From Vicugna vicugna (lineage: Eukaryota): 64,000 bases of DNA. Below are positions 62,070 through 64,000 of the stretch, in pieces. The stretch is from contig MU060561.1 in assembly GCA_013265495.1 (NCBI GenBank), positions 186,001-250,000 of the forward strand, read 5' to 3'. Under the pieces are notes generated by a model. It was not told the origin of the DNA. It saw only the letters and a list, made by a program, of their open reading frames with translations, and ran no database searches. The position numbers and the translations under genes are program-made. Numbering within the stretch: position 1 is the first letter of the stretch; every line of letters starts with the position of its first letter.

Positions 62070-62180
62070 TGAAAACGAATGTATGCATGTATATGCATGA
62101 CTGGGACACTGTGCTGTACACCAGAAATTGACACATTGCAACTGACCGTATTTCAATTTAAAAAATAAATAAATAAAATA
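62070..62180 (+). mobile_element. 111-bp 5'-truncated L1 3' end with perfect 14-bp target-site duplication (KRT72 intron 2)
   Basis: gcatgactgggacactgtgctgtacaccagaaattgacacattgcaactgac plus an A-rich tail, flanked by AAATGTGACTGGAA at 62056-62069 and 62181-62194. Confidence 0.9.
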
Positions 62181-63976
62181 AAATGTGACTGGAACATTTT
62201 CTGAGACTGTCAGATTTTTCTAGGTTCCCTGGATAAAACACTCAGAACATAGTTTACAGGATTTATCTCAGGCGCTTTGTGTGTTATTCAAAAGATAATT
62301 GAAAACTTCTTTTTATCAAATTATACTAGGAAATAGTTTTTTCTATTACAGTCACTCTTTATCTCATATTATCTTCCATCATCCCATTATCTTACTTTAT
62401 CATATTATATTCCTGTTAACAGAAATAAAAGTATATATGCTACTTGCAGACCAATTAGCTTTTAGCAATTTATATCTTTCTATTTCATAAAATACGTAGA
62501 AAAGGTTTGATCATTTGAGATGGCTCTCAAAATTAATGACCTTCATATGCTATAAATAACTTTTCATTATTTACTCTAGAAACCAAATATCAGAGTTCAA
62601 TACACACATACAGCATTTACAAAGAAAAGCGATGCATTTTTATTACTATCAACTTTATAAGTAGCTTCTAATTTTAAAAATACATTACAAAGCTAACTAA
62701 AAGTTAAACCCTGACAAAGTACATATTGATTTATCTTGTTTTAGAACATAAGTAGATGTATTAATTATATTAAGTCTACATCATTTTAATCTTTAATGTT
62801 TTCAATAACCTACTGTACAAGAGGTCATCCTAAGTTTATTGCTGACGGATTTTAAAATAGTCCCCAGAAGTACATGTTTATATTTTTCTTTGTATTTAGA
62901 AGTGAAGCCAAACTTTTTCTGATAGAAAGCAGCTCTTAACCTCTCTGGTCTGACAATGAAAGCTGGCTTTTTCAATTAAGCAAATGTTTTCTATAAATTG
63001 TATGAGCTAAGGTTTTGGAAACTGTGTTTGAGTGTGTACACACAAGTAAAAAGTGGGGGCTCTCTGGAGGTGTTCTTTAAGCCTGTCCCCACAATCTGTG
63101 TGCTTTCAGAGCTCTGGGCCCATGTCTCCTCCTCCCTCAGGCTCTCCATGTAGGGCTCAGGCTAGAGTCCAGGTTTAAGGGGACTTCAGCATAGGGCTGG
63201 ACAAGCTGATTGAACGTGGACCAAGACAAAGAGCTCAGTTCTGACCATCTCTACTCCCTCATGGAAGAAGTCATCTATCCCTAGAAATCCTGGCACCTGG
63301 AAGCAAACCCCCAAAATAGCAGATCACACTGAGCCTAGATACACCACTCGCACCTCACTAGCTCAACTTGGAGGGAGAAACCATCTCTAGTTCCAAGTAT
63401 AACCTCAATTGTTCTCTTTAATGGTGGGATTCAGCAGCACAGATATGCCTCATCATGAAAAAAAAGTTTTACAAACTCGTTTTTGCTTAGCTTGAAGATT
63501 TCTTCTAGGATTGGAAGGATGTCTCACATTCCAGGAATTCCCATGGAACACCTCATTTAAGAAGAGGTGTAAAGCCATTTGGGTTACCCATCTGGTTTTG
63601 AGACAATTCTCTTCCCCTCCATTCCTCCATTTACAATGTTAAAAATTGAGCACATTTCCTAGGCAACTTGGAGCACCATTTTGGGTAGATCTTTTCTCTT
63701 CCTAAGTCTCATTCTGTCCATATCTCTCTCCCTCCCCTACAGGAAAGGAAGTAGCAATGGTATCAGCAAAAGATCCAAGAAGGCAAAAATGCTGGCTCCA
63801 AATCATAACCTCATCTGTACTCAAGACCCCCCAGTGGTGTTNNNNNNNNNNNNNNNNNNNNNNNNNNNNNNNNNNNNNNNNNNNNNNNNNNNNNNNNNNN
63901 NNNNNNNNNNNNNNNNNNNNNNNNNNNNNNNNNNNNNNNNNNNNNNNNNNNNNNNNNNNNNNNNNNNNNNNNNNNN

Positions 63977-64000
63977 GACGTGCTCCAAGTGGTTCTTACA
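63977..64000 (-). CDS. KRT72: Fragment of KRT72 exon 2 (CKNHLEHV) between an N gap and the window end
   Basis: The reverse complement TGT AAG AAC CAC TTG GAG CAC GTC aligns with TGC AAG AAC CAC CTG GAG CCC ATC in KRT71/KRT74 exon 2. The expected exon 2 donor (about 63861) falls inside the gap 63842-63976. Confidence 0.7.

Noticed and set aside
1-64000. Prokaryotic-type features (CRISPR arrays, operons, rRNA/tRNA genes, defence systems)
   Set aside because: The sequence is clearly mammalian with spliced genes and SINE/LINE repeats. I saw no regularly spaced repeat-spacer array or structural RNA gene.

Overview
Mammalian genomic DNA from the type II (basic) keratin cluster, the segment that carries the inner-root-sheath keratins. 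Three spliced genes lie on the minus strand in the order KRT71 (complete, 9 exons, about 525 aa), KRT74 (9 exons, end of exon 1 hidden in an N gap, about 531 aa) and KRT72 (exons 3-9 plus a 24-nt scrap of exon 2 at the window edge). All visible exon lengths (215/61/96/165/126/221/35) and GT-AG sites match the type II keratin pattern. By known synteny the left end should be the 5' flank of KRT5, but no KRT5 exon is in the window. The rest is ordinary mammalian intergenic/intronic DNA with MIR, L2, L1, MaLR/ERVL LTRs and hAT MITEs. The L1 3' ends look cetartiodactyl, possibly camelid; this is recalled, not searched. The main discovery is a heavily decayed fourth keratin gene downstream of KRT71 (about 11990-17260, minus strand). 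Relics of exons 3, 4, 5 and 7, and weaker ones of exons 2 and 6, appear in the correct order and orientation, and their signatures are closer to KRT7/KRT8 than to the neighbouring genes. Other observations: exon 2 is 97% identical between KRT71 and KRT74 (gene conversion or assembly effect), KRT74 has several CpG-type substitutions at otherwise conserved rod positions, both promoters have a GATA site exactly 181 bp from the TATA position, there is an orphan plus-strand TATA promoter-like element, and two L1 insertions retain target-site duplications. Most short ORFs in the track are spurious.
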